Below are positions 12,291 to 23,873 of a stretch of 64,000 nucleotides of DNA, one piece after another (positions within the stretch are counted from its first letter, which is position 1; each line of letters begins with the position of its first letter). The notes under the pieces are model-generated. The model was given only the letters and a program-made list of their open reading frames with translations, was not told where the DNA came from and did no database searches. The position numbers and the translations under genes were made by a program. The stretch is from Chiloscyllium plagiosum (lineage: Eukaryota): positions 3,335,006-3,399,005 of the forward strand of contig NC_057752.1 of the NCBI RefSeq assembly GCF_004010195.1, in the 5' to 3' direction.

Positions 12291-12657
12291 ATAGCTCAAA
12301 CCCTCCAACCCTGGCAACATCCTTATAAATCTTTTATGAACCCTTTCAAGTTTCACAACATCTTTCCGACAGGAAGGAGACCAGAATTGCACACAATATT
12401 CCAACAGTGGCCTAACCAATGTCCTGTACAGTTGTAACATGACCTCCCAACTCCTGTACTCAATACTCTGACCAATAAAGGAAAGCATACCAAACGCCTT
12501 CTTCACTATCCTATGTACCTGTGACTCCATTTTCAAGGAGTTATGAACCTGCACTCCAAGGTCTCTTTGTTCAGCAACACTCCCTAGGGCCTTACCATTA
12601 AGTCTATAAGTCCTGCTAAGATTTGCTTTCCCAAAATGCAGCACCTCGCATTTATCT
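11848..12657 (-). mobile_element. HER1/CR1 LINE 3' fragment
   Basis: ORF 12135-12644 (LHFGKAN..QRDLGVQVHNSLK..LYRTLVRPLLEYCVQFWSP..RRLRGDLIEVYKIMRG). Confidence 0.93.
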
Positions 12658-14871
12658 CCTGCTGTGATCTATACTTTGAACAGGCTCTTGAATAATGGGG
12701 GTTAAAAAAGAACCCTACGAAACAAGAAGACGTGGAAATGCGGGCAAAATTGGATTTTCTTCGGATGGATAATTTACTGAATGACCTTGGTGATTTTGTG
12801 ATTGTTTGATGGGCACCCCCATGACTTTTCCAAACTGAAACCGAGAGTTAGAGTTTAAGCTAAATTCCAGCACGTGCATCAAAACATATTGGACTCATAA
12901 ACTGATAATCTGTTAATGCGTTTTTACAGCTACGAATGACAGGCCAGGTTAAATAGCCGCCAATACATGGATGCCACAAAGACCAAACAGCAGGACAGAG
13001 GTTAAATGTGACAGCACTTCCATATCACACAGCAGCCAGGTTTATTGACAAAGAATCTCGCAACTACTGCAAAACAGAATATTCCCTTTTCATCACCATT
13101 TTGAACATAATTGAAGATCTTGCAATCAATGAATGCAATTTGTATAATTGGAAGTAACTATGAGCTCCTTGACTTATTGAGTAGATGGGAACAAGGTGTT
13201 CAGCTCTTCAACACTATTGAGATGTTAATAATGCAGGACACATTGCATAATGATTGCAACGTAACTGCTAAATAAAATATAACAGATCAATCGCTTGGTC
13301 CATGACAGGAATAGACGATACACCTCAGCACTTGTAATTTCTTGAGAAATGAGATCAAATCCAAAAAGGCTGGTACATAAACCTGCTCACTTACAAAAAA
13401 ATCAGCCCAAAACCCTTTGATCCAACAAACTGTCGAAACAGGAAAATATCCGACAGATGTTACCAGGCTGTTGGGTTCAGAGACTGTCATAAACCAGACT
13501 GGGGAGGCGCAAATGCTTTTTTTAATGGCAGCTAAATCCCACGAGGTGGACACAGCTTTCATCTCGTTTTATTGCTTCCAACTTGTAGCTCGCTCCAAGC
13601 TATTCTGCTCAGAATTGACCACTGCAATTTGTGCTGTCGTGTTCATATTACCAATTTCTTTCCCCCACCTTCCATCCTGGTGCCAATAATCAAGTGAGGA
13701 AGTCGGGAAGTTCTGCTGCTTGGCTTCACTTTTTCCTTTGCCACAAGATCATGAACCATTGCCTCAGCTGATGGAAACAGATTGCTTTTCATTCGAAGAA
13801 AGCCAAGATTTCTGGACCAGTACCTGTCAAATTCTCTGAGGATCTAGTGGGGACAATAGCTCTTCAATACTTACCTTGGAGGGACCATTCAGCTGGGGTA
13901 AACTTTGCATTTGACTCAAATATCAGAGAAATTTGGCACAAAAGGTCACCTCAAACAAAGCTTGGGATGTAATTTGAATCAGACACCAAACAGATACCTG
14001 TGAATAAATGTAAATTAAGTGGCGGGTCTCGGCCTCTCCTATGGGATAGGGAGGGTGCTGGTGTCAGTTCCATTTATTTTGAACAACGTTATACACTTTT
14101 TGCTGCAGGGTGTAAACTGCTCTGCTCAAACTACAATGGCTGAACCATTCAGAGCCCTGGTTAGAAAAGGGGCCATTCAGGTAACCCTGAGGGGAGAAAC
14201 TGGGTCAATCGAATGGATTTCTCCCAAGGAACAATGAGAAAACATCTTGAACAGATTGCTTGTCGACAGGGTGACCATTAATAATAAGAAATAACGCCAA
14301 AGATGTTAATTGTGCTGCATTGCTCCTGCAAAGCAGAAATGGAATTCTGGAGTTGAGATTTTTCTCACTCTCTCTCTCTCTCTCTCTCTTTCCCTCCCCA
14401 GTGACCCAGCAGCTGAATCCCTCTGGTATTAGAATGATCACTGGCAATTCTGGCCGCCACAGAATGGAGGAAGCAAAAGAGACAATCTGTTGTGATACTG
14501 CGCCGTGCACATCCTCAGGAAGTGCCTCAACGTATTGGTGGAAGCAGCACCAGGCACCCAGTGGGGAAACAGAACAGGGAGCCCCCAGAATCCGCAACGA
14601 GATCATGACCAGCTTTCAGGGACACTGGCTGGAGGGAGAAATGTGGGCCAGGACCCAACCGGAACTCCTCTTTGCTGCTTTTATACCACCACGCATGAGC
14701 AATTGACAGCCATTGGAGGTGATGAATGAGGGCCTGGGTTTAATGTCTCATTCAAAAGCCTCCACCTCCAGTAACACAGCGTGCCCCCCTCTGTGATGCA
14801 GTGAACTGCCGACATTGACTGTTCAGTTAGAGAGCCATACAGCATGGAAACAGACCCTTCGGCCCCTTTTT

Positions 14872-15896
14872 TTTATAAAACCTTAAGTTATCTTGAGAAT
14901 GTGACTCGAAAGACGTTCTGGGATTTACATATTAATGAACTGAAACCTGCAACCCATTCTAAACGATGAAAGACTTACAGCAATCGAGGTTTGTTCAATA
15001 TATCATTTCAGTTACATGACACCATAACCTTTTGCTATAAGTTCTGTGTCTTAGATTCCTGCTCTACAACCACCTGATGAAGGAGCAGTGCTCCGAAAGC
15101 TAGTGCTTCCAAATAAACCTGTTGGACTATAACCTGGTGTTGTGTGATTTTTAATCTTGAAAGGAGGCAGCATGGGTCTCTTGCTGCCAGCACTTCCAAA
15201 AGATTCCACCCTGGAAGAGAAGAGGGATGCCCAGTTGGCACACCTCAAGTTAAACAAAATAAGCAGTTAACCCCCAAGAGCGGACGCCCGAGTTAAACAC
15301 CGAAGAGATCCAGGCTCCTGCACCAGAAATAGCACGAGGAAAGGTTAAACCAGAGAAGGACATTGAACCAAACTGTGTGAACGGAACAGGGCGGACACGG
15401 TGAAAATTAACCGAAGGAGGCTTTCGAACTGACCTGAGGTGGTGGTATCTCCTAGAGTCATAGAGAGTCCTAGAGCTGTACAGCACTGAAACAGACCCTA
15501 CGATCCAACCCGTCCACGCCGACCAGATATCCCAACCCAATCTAGTCCCACCTGCCAGCACCCGGCCCATATCCCTCCAAACCCTTCCTATTCAAATACC
15601 CATCCAAATGCCTTTTAAATATTGCAATTGTACCAGCCTCCACCACTTCCTCTGGCAGCTCATTCCATACACGCACCACCCTCTGTGTGAAAATGTTGCT
15701 CCTTAGGTCTCTTTTAAGTCTTTCCCCTCTCACCCTAATCCTATGCCCCTCCAATTCTGGACTCCCTGACCCCAGGGAAAAGACTTTGCCTATTTACCCC
15801 ATCCACGCCCCTCATGATTTTATAAACCTCTATAAGGTCACCCCTCAGCCTCCGATGCTCCAGGGAAAACAGCCCCAGCCTGTTCAGCCTCTCCCT
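14872..15896 (+). repeat. ~1.0-kb local direct duplication, copy 2 (Penelope-type repeat, unique 300 bp, CR1 3' end)
   Basis: Near-identical to 11266-12290. Flanked by a CR1 tail stub (14830-14866) on the left and a diverged CR1 body (15897-15930) on the right. Confidence 0.95.
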
Positions 15897-16287
15897 GTAG
15901 CTCAGATCCTCCAACCTTGGCAACATCCTTTGACCAACCATGCACTCTGTGGGACAGCAATGTCTGCCTTAAATATCCTCAAGGACTCAGCTGGCTCAAC
16001 CCGCCCCACCCTGGGTAGAGCATTCACTACCCACCTCCCCCAACCCGAGTAAAATAATTTCTTCCCAACTCAGACACAATGGCCTTCCCGTTCTTTTTAA
16101 ACTGCGCCCCATCGTGGTTGCCCGGCCAACCCGTGAGGAGAAGGGAGCCATCTTTACCCACGTTAACCATTTCAATATTCGACATGTCACTGTGGCAAGG
16201 TCAGGTCAATAAAATGGAAATGAGCTCTGAGTAGAACACACACTTTTCCAAGATGTCTCCGGTCGATAGAGACAATAAAATGAGATT

Positions 16288-16410
16288 AGAATCTCTACAG
16301 TGTGGAAACAGGCCCTTCGGCCCAACATATCCACGGCGACGCTCCAAAGACTAACCCACTCAGACACATTCCCCAACCCTTTATTTACCCCTGACGAATA
16401 CCTAACACTA
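16288..16410 (-). mobile_element. HE1-type SINE 3' end leading into a tandem array
   Basis: aatctctacagtgtggaaacaggcccttcggcccaac..cccctgacgaatacctaac. Confidence 0.85.
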
Positions 16411-17376
16411 TGGGACAATTTCCCATGGCCAATCCCACCCTAACCTGCACATCTCTGGGACACTATGGGACAATTTCCCATGGCCAATCCCACCCTACCC
16501 TGCACATCCCTGGGCACTATGGGACAATTTCCCCATGGCCAATCCACCCTACCCTGCACATCCCTGGGCACTATGGGACAATTTCCCACGGTCAATCCAC
16601 CCTAACCTGCACATCCCTGGGCACTATGGGACAATTTCCCATGACCAATCCCACCCTAACCTGCACATCCCTGGACACTATGGGACAATTTCTCACGGTC
16701 AATCCACCCTAACCTGCTCATCCCTGGGCACTATGGGACAATTTCCCATGACCAATCCACCGTAACCTGCACATCCCTGGGCACTATGGGACAATTTCCC
16801 ATGGCCAATCCACCCTAACCTGCACATCCCTAGGCACTATGGGACAATTTCCCATGGCCAATCCACCCGAACCTGCACATCCTGGGCACTATGGGACAAT
16901 TTCCCATGGCCAATCCACCCTAATCTGCACATCCCTGGATAGTATGGGACAATTTCCCATGCCCAATCCACCCTAACCTGCACATCCCTGGACACTATGG
17001 GACAATTTCCCATGGCCAATCCCACCCTAACCTGCACATCCCTGGATAGTATTGGACAATTTCCCATGGCCAATCCACCCCAACCTGCACATCCCTGGCC
17101 ACTATGGGACAATTCCCCATGGCCAATCCACCCTAACCTGCCCATCCCTGGGCACTATGGGATAATTCCCCATGGCCAATCCACCCGAACCTGCACATCC
17201 CTGGGCACTATGGGACAATTTCCCATGGCCAATCCCACCCTAACCTGCACATCCCTGGGCACTATGGGACACTTCCCCATGGCCAATCCACCCTAACCTA
17301 CACATCCCTGGACACTATGGGACAATTTCCCACGTCCAATCCACCCGAACCTGCACATCCCTGGGCACTATGGGAC
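16406..17376. repeat. Minisatellite, ~18 copies of a 53-54-bp unit derived from the HE1 internal repeat
   Basis: Unit gcactatgggacaatttcccatggccaatccaccctaacctgcacatccctgg, head to tail with no spacers. Confidence 0.95.
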
Positions 17377-17527
17377 TCTCCGAAGCGTCCCCACCCTTTT
17401 GTTAATGTGGTGACCAGAACCGTGTGCGGTGTTCCAAATCCGGCTGTACCGATGTCATGTGCTACCGTAATATGAGCCGCCAGCTCTTGTCTGTGTGATG
17501 GATTGAGCTGCAGAGTCCACGATTCGA

Positions 17528-17610
17528 CTGGTGCTGGAAAAGCTCAGCATATCAGGCAGCATCCGAGGAGCAGGAGAATCGACGTTTCGGGCAGGAGCCC
17601 TTCATCAGGG
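17528..17610 (-). mobile_element. Short Penelope-derived repeat with an intact minimal hammerhead core
   Basis: Minus strand reads cctgatgaagggctcctgcccgaaacgtcgattctcctgctcctcggatgctgcctga. Confidence 0.78.
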
Positions 17611-18175
17611 CTGCCAGTGGTGCAGAGAGTATCCATGCCTTTTCCAGATGCAGTGGGAGCAAGTTCCCTGTCTAGTCTGGGAATTGAAACGACACGGAGT
17701 GGAGCCTATGGTGGGATTATTTCCTGGCTAAACTGAAGGTAGCGGTGGCTAGGAGATGCTGGAAGGGCAGAGTGGCCTGTTGCCTGTTTGCATGAGGCCA
17801 GTTGGCATTGCGAAGCGCGGTGCAGCTCCTGTGACGAGGCAGAGGAGAGTTTGCCTGTAATTCTCTGCCCCTTGTTCGTGACTGACTGTGTACAGACCCA
17901 GCAGATTCTACGTTCAGAGCCCAGGCAGATGTGCGACCGAGGGTGTACAAAGTGTTCGTTTCCTCCACACCGCTGGCACGCTCAGGAAATGTCCGAGCTG
18001 TTTTCCTCACCCCCCACTTAAAGCCGTTTCCACAACGAGTATATCCTGGTGTTTTGAAGGTAGATCCAGCCGCTACCCTCAGGAACACCGATGCCAAACG
18101 GGGAGGGGTGGGGGGGAGATCAAAATCACATCTCTGTTTTTACCAGAGAGTGTTGGAATCCACCACTCCCAGCAG

Positions 18176-18412
18176 GGGGTTAGGTACAGAGTAAAGCTCC
18201 CTCTACACTGTCCCCGCATCAAACACTCCAGGGACAGGGACAGCACGGGGTTAGATACAGAGTAAAGCTCCCTCTACACTGTCCCCCATCAAACACTCCC
18301 AGGACAGGGACGGTACGTGGTTAGATACAGAGTAAACCTCTCTCTACACTGCCCCCCCCATCAAACACTCCCAGGGACAGGGACAGCACGGGGTTAGATA
18401 CAGAGTAAAGCT
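18176..18412. repeat. ~71-bp tandem repeat (3+ copies) running into an assembly gap
   Basis: Unit ggggttagatacagagtaaagctccctctacactgtcccccatcaaacactcccaggacagggacagcac. Confidence 0.92.
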
Positions 18413-18921
18413 NNNNNNNNNNNNNNNNNNNNNNNNNNNNNNNNNNNNNNNNNNNNNNNNNNNNNNNNNNNNNNNNNNNNNNNNNNNNNNNNNNNNNNNN
18501 NNNNNNNNNNNNNNNNNNNNNNNNNNNNNNNNNNNNNNNNNNNNNNNNNNNNNNNNNNNNNNNNNNNNNNNNNNNNNNNNNNNNNNNNNNNNNNNNNNNN
18601 NNNNNNNNNNNNNNNNNNNNNNNNNNNNNNNNNNNNNNNNNNNNNNNNNNNNNNNNNNNNNNNNNNNNNNNNNNNNNNNNNNNNNNNNNNNNNNNNNNNN
18701 NNNNNNNNNNNNNNNNNNNNNNNNNNNNNNNNNNNNNNNNNNNNNNNNNNNNNNNNNNNNNNNNNNNNNNNNNNNNNNNNNNNNNNNNNNNNNNNNNNNN
18801 NNNNNNNNNNNNNNNNNNNNNNNNNNNNNNNNNNNNNNNNNNNNNNNNNNNNNNNNNNNNNNNNNNNNNNNNNNNNNNNNNNNNNNNNNNNNNNNNNNNN
18901 NNNNNNNNNNNNNNNNNNNNN
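18413..18921. other. Assembly gap (509 N)
   Basis: Run of N. Confidence 1.
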
Positions 18922-19514
18922 CCGACCAGATATCCCAACCCAATCTAGTCCCACCTGCCAGCACCCGGCCCATATCCCTCCAAACCCTTCCTATTCAAAT
19001 ACCCATCCAAATGCCTTTTAAATGTTGCAATTGTACCAGCCTCTACCACTTCCTCTGGCAGCTCATTCCATACATGCACCACCCTCTGTGTGAAAATGTT
19101 GCTCCTTAGGTCTCTTTTAAGTCTTTCCCCTCTCACCCCTCAGCCTCCGACGCTCCAGGGAAAACAGCCCCAGCCTGTTCAGCCTCTCCCTGTAGCTCAA
19201 ACCCTCCAACCCTGGCAACATCCTTGAAAATCTTTTATGAATCCTTTCAAGTTTCACAACATCTTTCCGACAGGAAGGAGACCAGAATTACATGCAATAT
19301 TCCAACAGTGGCCTAACCAATGTCCTGTACAGCCGCAACATGACCTCCCAACTCATGTACTCAATACTCTGACCAATAAAGGAAAGTATACCAAACGCCT
19401 TCTTCACTATCCTATCTACCTGAGACTCCACTTTCAAGGAGCTATGAACCTGCACTCCAAGGTCTCTTTGTTCAGCAACACTCCCTAGGGCCTTACCATT
19501 AAGTCTATAAGTCC
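18922..19514 (-). mobile_element. HER1/CR1 fragment closely related to 11913-12613, with an internal deletion
   Basis: Shares rare variants (ctattcaaat, gttgctcctt, tttatgaa, ccctagggcc, aagtctataag) with the 11.9-12.6-kb copy. A ~110-bp deletion joins two tcaccc motifs at ~19135. Confidence 0.9.
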
Positions 19515-20064
19515 CTAAAAATAAAAAATAAATCTTCTGGTTTATGAAATAAAAAGCCTGCTCATGACGATTCTGTCACAACATGAACTCTGTAAAAGCC
19601 AAATGGCTAGCTCGTTAAAAAGAGCAAGTTTTGTTTGAAACGTTTTGCTTGTGGTCTGCAGCACCTAATTATTTGGGTCACCTTTTGTGAGCTTGCTCAT
19701 CTCTAGCCTCCAGCGCATTTCCCCCTTCTTGCAAATCGACTGGTCTGCATATGCCTTTGGGCGTTGCTTCAGGCTCAGACAAATAGCCACTCCGTTGTTC
19801 GGTGAGATGAAGAAAGGCAGTTGAAGGCTGATACGTTGGTGTTAATACCTTCTGCCATTTCGTGGGAACTTGAAGTTTCTCCTGACTCTACATTTTACCT
19901 TGCTGTACAGCTGGAGCGAGGGAGTCAGTTCCAGGTCTCCTCTGTCACGAACCGCTGAGAGCATTATAAAAGAATTCAACTTTGAATTTGCCTCCCTCAC
20001 CATCTCAATCAGATCAGTCTCACGTCTGGGCCGATAGGTTATGGGTTCACACTTTACTCCAGGG

Positions 20065-20680
20065 ACATAAAGTAGAGTCACCGGTAGACAGGATAGTGAA
20101 GAAGGCGTTTGGTATGCTTTCCTTTATTGGTCAGAGTATTGAGTACAGGAGTTGGGAGGTCATGTTGCAGCTGTACAGGACATTGGTGAGGCCCCTTTTG
20201 GAATATTGTGTGCAATTCTGGTCTCCTTCCTATCGGAAGGATGTTGTGAAAGAGTTTAGAAAAGATTTACAAGGATGTTGCCAGGGTTGGAGGGTTTGAG
20301 CTATAGGGAGAGGCTGGATAGGCTGGGGCTGTTTTCCCTGGAGCGTTGGAGGCTAAGGGGTGAACTTACAGAGATTTATAAAATCATGAGAGGCATGGAT
20401 AGGGTAAATAGACAAAGTCTTTTCCCTGGGGTCGGGGAGTCCAGAACTAGAGGGCATAGGTTTAGGTTGAGAGGGGAAAGATATAAAAGAGACCTAAGGG
20501 GCAACATTTTCACACAGAGGGTGGTGCGTGTATGGAATGAGCTGCCAGAGGAAATGGTGGAGGTTGGTACAATTACAACATTTAAAAGGCATCTGGATGG
20601 GTATATGAATAGGAAGGGTTTGGAGGGATATGGGCCGGGTGCTGGCAGGTGGGACTAGATTGGGTTGGGATATCTGGTCT
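20065..20680 (+). mobile_element. HER1/CR1 LINE 3' fragment
   Basis: ORFs 19982-20299 and 20275-20658 encode the CR1 ORF2 C-terminus. Confidence 0.93.
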
Positions 20681-20696
20681 GGTTAAGGATAACAGT

Positions 20697-20980
20697 GGTA
20701 CTGTGGCTTAGTGGTTAGCACTGCTGCCTCACTGCACCAGAGACCTGGGTTTGATTCCAGCCTCGGGTGACTGTCTGTGTGGAGTTTGTACATTCTCCCC
20801 ATGTCTGCGTGGGTTTCCTCTCCCAGTCCAAAGACATGCAGGCCAGGTGAATTGGCTATGCTAAATTGTCCATGGTGTTAGGTGCGTTAATCTTAGAGAA
20901 ATGGGTCTGGGTGGGTTACTCTTTGGAGGGTCGGTGGGGGCCGAAGGGCCTGTTTCCACACTGTCGGGGAATGTAATCTG
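20697..20980 (+). mobile_element. HE1-type SINE
   Basis: A box gtggcttagtgg, B box ggtttgattcc, HE1 body and tail. Confidence 0.9.
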
Positions 20981-21687
20981 AGTGCACCAGATCACCACCG
21001 ACTTTTGATTTTCAATCTTTCCATCATGCTATCACAGAGTTACCAATAGATTGCTCCTCACTATTTACTTCTGAATTACTGACAGCATTGCATCCTCCAG
21101 TGAAGGACCTGAAATCTCAAGGATGACAAATTAACAAGAGTGCAAGTTAACAGTGTGACCAGCAACTGTTTTCCACTGACTCATCCGACGGTGGTCTCGA
21201 TTCCTGGCCAGCTAACTTTACCAATGAGCTCCCATGTCAAACGCTGCATACTAATAGGATGCAGAATCATGTAGCACAGTGGAGGCAATGTGTTTGTGCC
21301 AACACTCTGAAAAAGTTATCTAATTTGTTCTCCCCTCCTCTTTCCCTGGAGACCTGTAATTTATTTCCTTTGCAAATAATCCCATTGAAAGTTACCATCG
21401 AATCTGCCTTCCTTTCAGGCAGCTCAATGCCAGATAACAACACAGAGTGAGCAAAAAGCAAGTCCTCCTCTGCCCCGCTGCCAGGTTTGTGTATTCGTTG
21501 ACTCTGCTGGAGACTAATCCTCCTGCCAACTGAAACAGTTTCTCCCAAGCAGCCCCTGCGTGATGACGAACCCTTGGGTGAAATCTCCCCCCCCCCCCCC
21601 CGCTGTTCTCAGCTTCAGGGAGAACATTCTTCGCTTCTGCCATCTCTTCCCCCCTCCACAGCACTGAAACCCTGGGACGCAAGAGTG

Positions 21688-21840
21688 GCTTGGAGAAACT
21701 CGGCAGGTCTGGCAGCATCCGTGGAGAGAGAGAAAAAAACCTCTTCGGAAGGTCGACGGAGGGTCGCTGTGCTCTCTCTCTCCACGGCTGTTGCCAGACC
21801 TGCTGAGTTTCTCCAGCCACTCTCTGTGCCTGTTTCAGAT
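21688..21840. repeat. Palindromic Penelope-derived short repeat
   Basis: tggagaaactcggcaggtctggcagcatccgtggagagagag paired with ctctctctccacggctgttgccagacctgctgagtttctcca. Confidence 0.75.
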
Positions 21841-22097
21841 TTCTTCCTTTTATCCTGGCAATTCTCTATCCCCTTTCCGTCGATGTGACCTCCTTTCAGT
21901 GTACTCTCCGGAATTATACACTATTACTCAAACTAAGATCACACTTTGCTCCTAATTTAATTTTAAAGAGGATTAAAATTATTTTAGCTTTGATATTTTA
22001 AAAAATAAGTTTTTGAATTTGTGTGCATAGCATTGGAGCTAAAGCTATATTAGTTCCCGGAAACCCACCGATACAGAAGTTAGCCCCTAATCTATTG

Positions 22098-22400
22098 ATT
22101 AGATTCCCTACAGTATGGAAACAGGCCCTTCGGCCCAACAAGTCTACACCAACCCTCCGAAGAGCAACCCACCCAGACCCATTCCCCTACATTTTACCCC
22201 TGACTAATGCACCTAACACTACGGGCAATTTAACATGGCTAATTCACCTAACCTGCACATCTTTGGACCATGGGAGGAAACCCATGCAGACACGGGGAGA
22301 ATATGCAAACTCCACACAGACAGTCGCCCAAGGCTGGAATTGAACCTGGGTCCCTGGCGCTGTGAGGCAGCAGTGCTAACCACTGAGCCACCGTGCCACC
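22098..22400 (-). mobile_element. HE1-type SINE, full length
   Basis: Minus strand reads ggtggcacggtggctcagtggttagcactgctgcctcacagcgccagggacccaggttcaattcc (A and B boxes) through to the HER1-like tail. Confidence 0.93.
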
Positions 22401-22836
22401 CTCATTGCTCTACCCTGCTCCTGAGCTGAACACCAGTACTCAGATGATGTATCACGTGGCATCTTTGAAGCTCTATGAAAGACTGTCTCCTCCAAAAACG
22501 GAATAAGAAGTGTTTCAGACATAAAAATGTTTGCTCCTTATTGCCTCTTAAGTATTGCTTGATTGGCCTCTTGCTGTGTCGAGATGCTTCACTGCAATAT
22601 TGTAAGGAAAACCCACTGTTAGTTTGAGCTGCTTTATATCACATAATCTTTCATATTAAATACAAAAATGAATAGCGTGGGAATTCCTGCAACCATCAGT
22701 GTTAGATCCCAATGAAATAAAGGTAATGTTGCCACAATCCCACTCTTCTCATCTGAGAGACTGGTGGTAGTTTAATCACAGGCGAGAGTTTGAGAAGGAG
22801 AGTTCTTTGTGGACTCATCAGCTTTGTACTCAACTG

Positions 22837-23873
22837 AAGATTCCTCTCCCACTCACTTTAGTGAAATAAGGAAAATCGAACCCTGCTTTCGGCACTGGGA
22901 CATCGAATGGAATCTATTCCGGAGCTCCCACACCTTTACCCTCTATAATCTTGAGCTCGTCCAAACCTCTGCTGTTTATTTGTTAGCACACAGCAAGTCC
23001 TGCACCCCCGTCACTGCTGTGCCCACTCATGAATGCAGAGGCTGGTAAAGGACGTTTCAGTACTTTCGCCTTATTGGCGCTGGGAAATGATGTAAACCAG
23101 CCATCCAGCCAACTGAGCTTTTTATATCCAAAATGAGAGGGAGTCAACTCGAGTATCGACCATCCCAGAGGGGGATCATGATGCAGTGGGAATGTGGTTG
23201 GACTAGTTATCCACACTCCAGGTTAATGCTCAAGGGCTCGTGGTAATCCACTGATTTGATTAGATTCAACCAGTCCACACCGACCCTCCGAAGAGTAACC
23301 CACCCAGACCCATTTCCCCTCTGACTAATGCACCTTACACTATGCATGCAATTTAGCACGGCCAATCCACCCTAACCTGCACATCGTTGGACTGTGGGAG
23401 GAAACCGGAGCACCCGGAGGAAGCCCACGCAGACAACATGCAAACGCCACACAGACAGTCACCCGAGGCTGGAATTGAACCTGGGACCCCGGTGCTGTGA
23501 GGAAGCCATGCTAACCACTGTGCCACCGTGCTGACACTCTCTCACTCTTCGCACATTTCAAGGATGTAAGCTTTTGGTTAGTCCCTGGAAAAAAAAAATC
23601 ACTTCAATTGTCAGCAAAAGCAAAATGTGCTGCCAGTAAGGCTGAAGTACTGAAACGTCCTTTACCAGCCTCTGCATTCATGAGTGGGCACAGCAGTGAC
23701 GGGGGTGCAGGACTTGCTGTGTGCTAACAAATAAACAGCAGAGGTTTGGACGAGCTCAAGATTATAGAGGGTAAAGGTGTGGGAGCTCCGGAATAGATTC
23801 CATTCGATGTCCCAGTGCCAAAAGCAGGGTTCGATTTTCCTTATTTCACTAAAGTGAGTGGGAGAGGAATCTT
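22837..23873. repeat. Long inverted repeat: 229-bp arms (22837-23065 and 23645-23873) with a 579-bp spacer
   Basis: The arms are exact reverse complements except at one position (22890/23820). Weaker similarity extends ~15 bp beyond both ends. Confidence 0.97.
23262..23532 (-). mobile_element. HE1-type SINE in the inverted-repeat spacer
   Basis: cacaccgaccctccgaagagtaaccc..ggaattgaacc..ctaaccactgtgccaccgtgc. Confidence 0.9.

Noticed and set aside
14320..14706. 128-aa ORF or exon after a (CT)n tract
   Set aside because: The polypyrimidine tract is a microsatellite, the 3' part overlaps an old SINE remnant, and there is no recognisable domain.
16406..17376. CRISPR-like array
   Set aside because: Units are head to tail with no unique spacers, derive from a SINE, and sit in vertebrate DNA with no cas genes.
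18321..18973. Long ORFs spanning N runs (also 38795-39557)
   Set aside because: Artefacts of translating assembly gaps.
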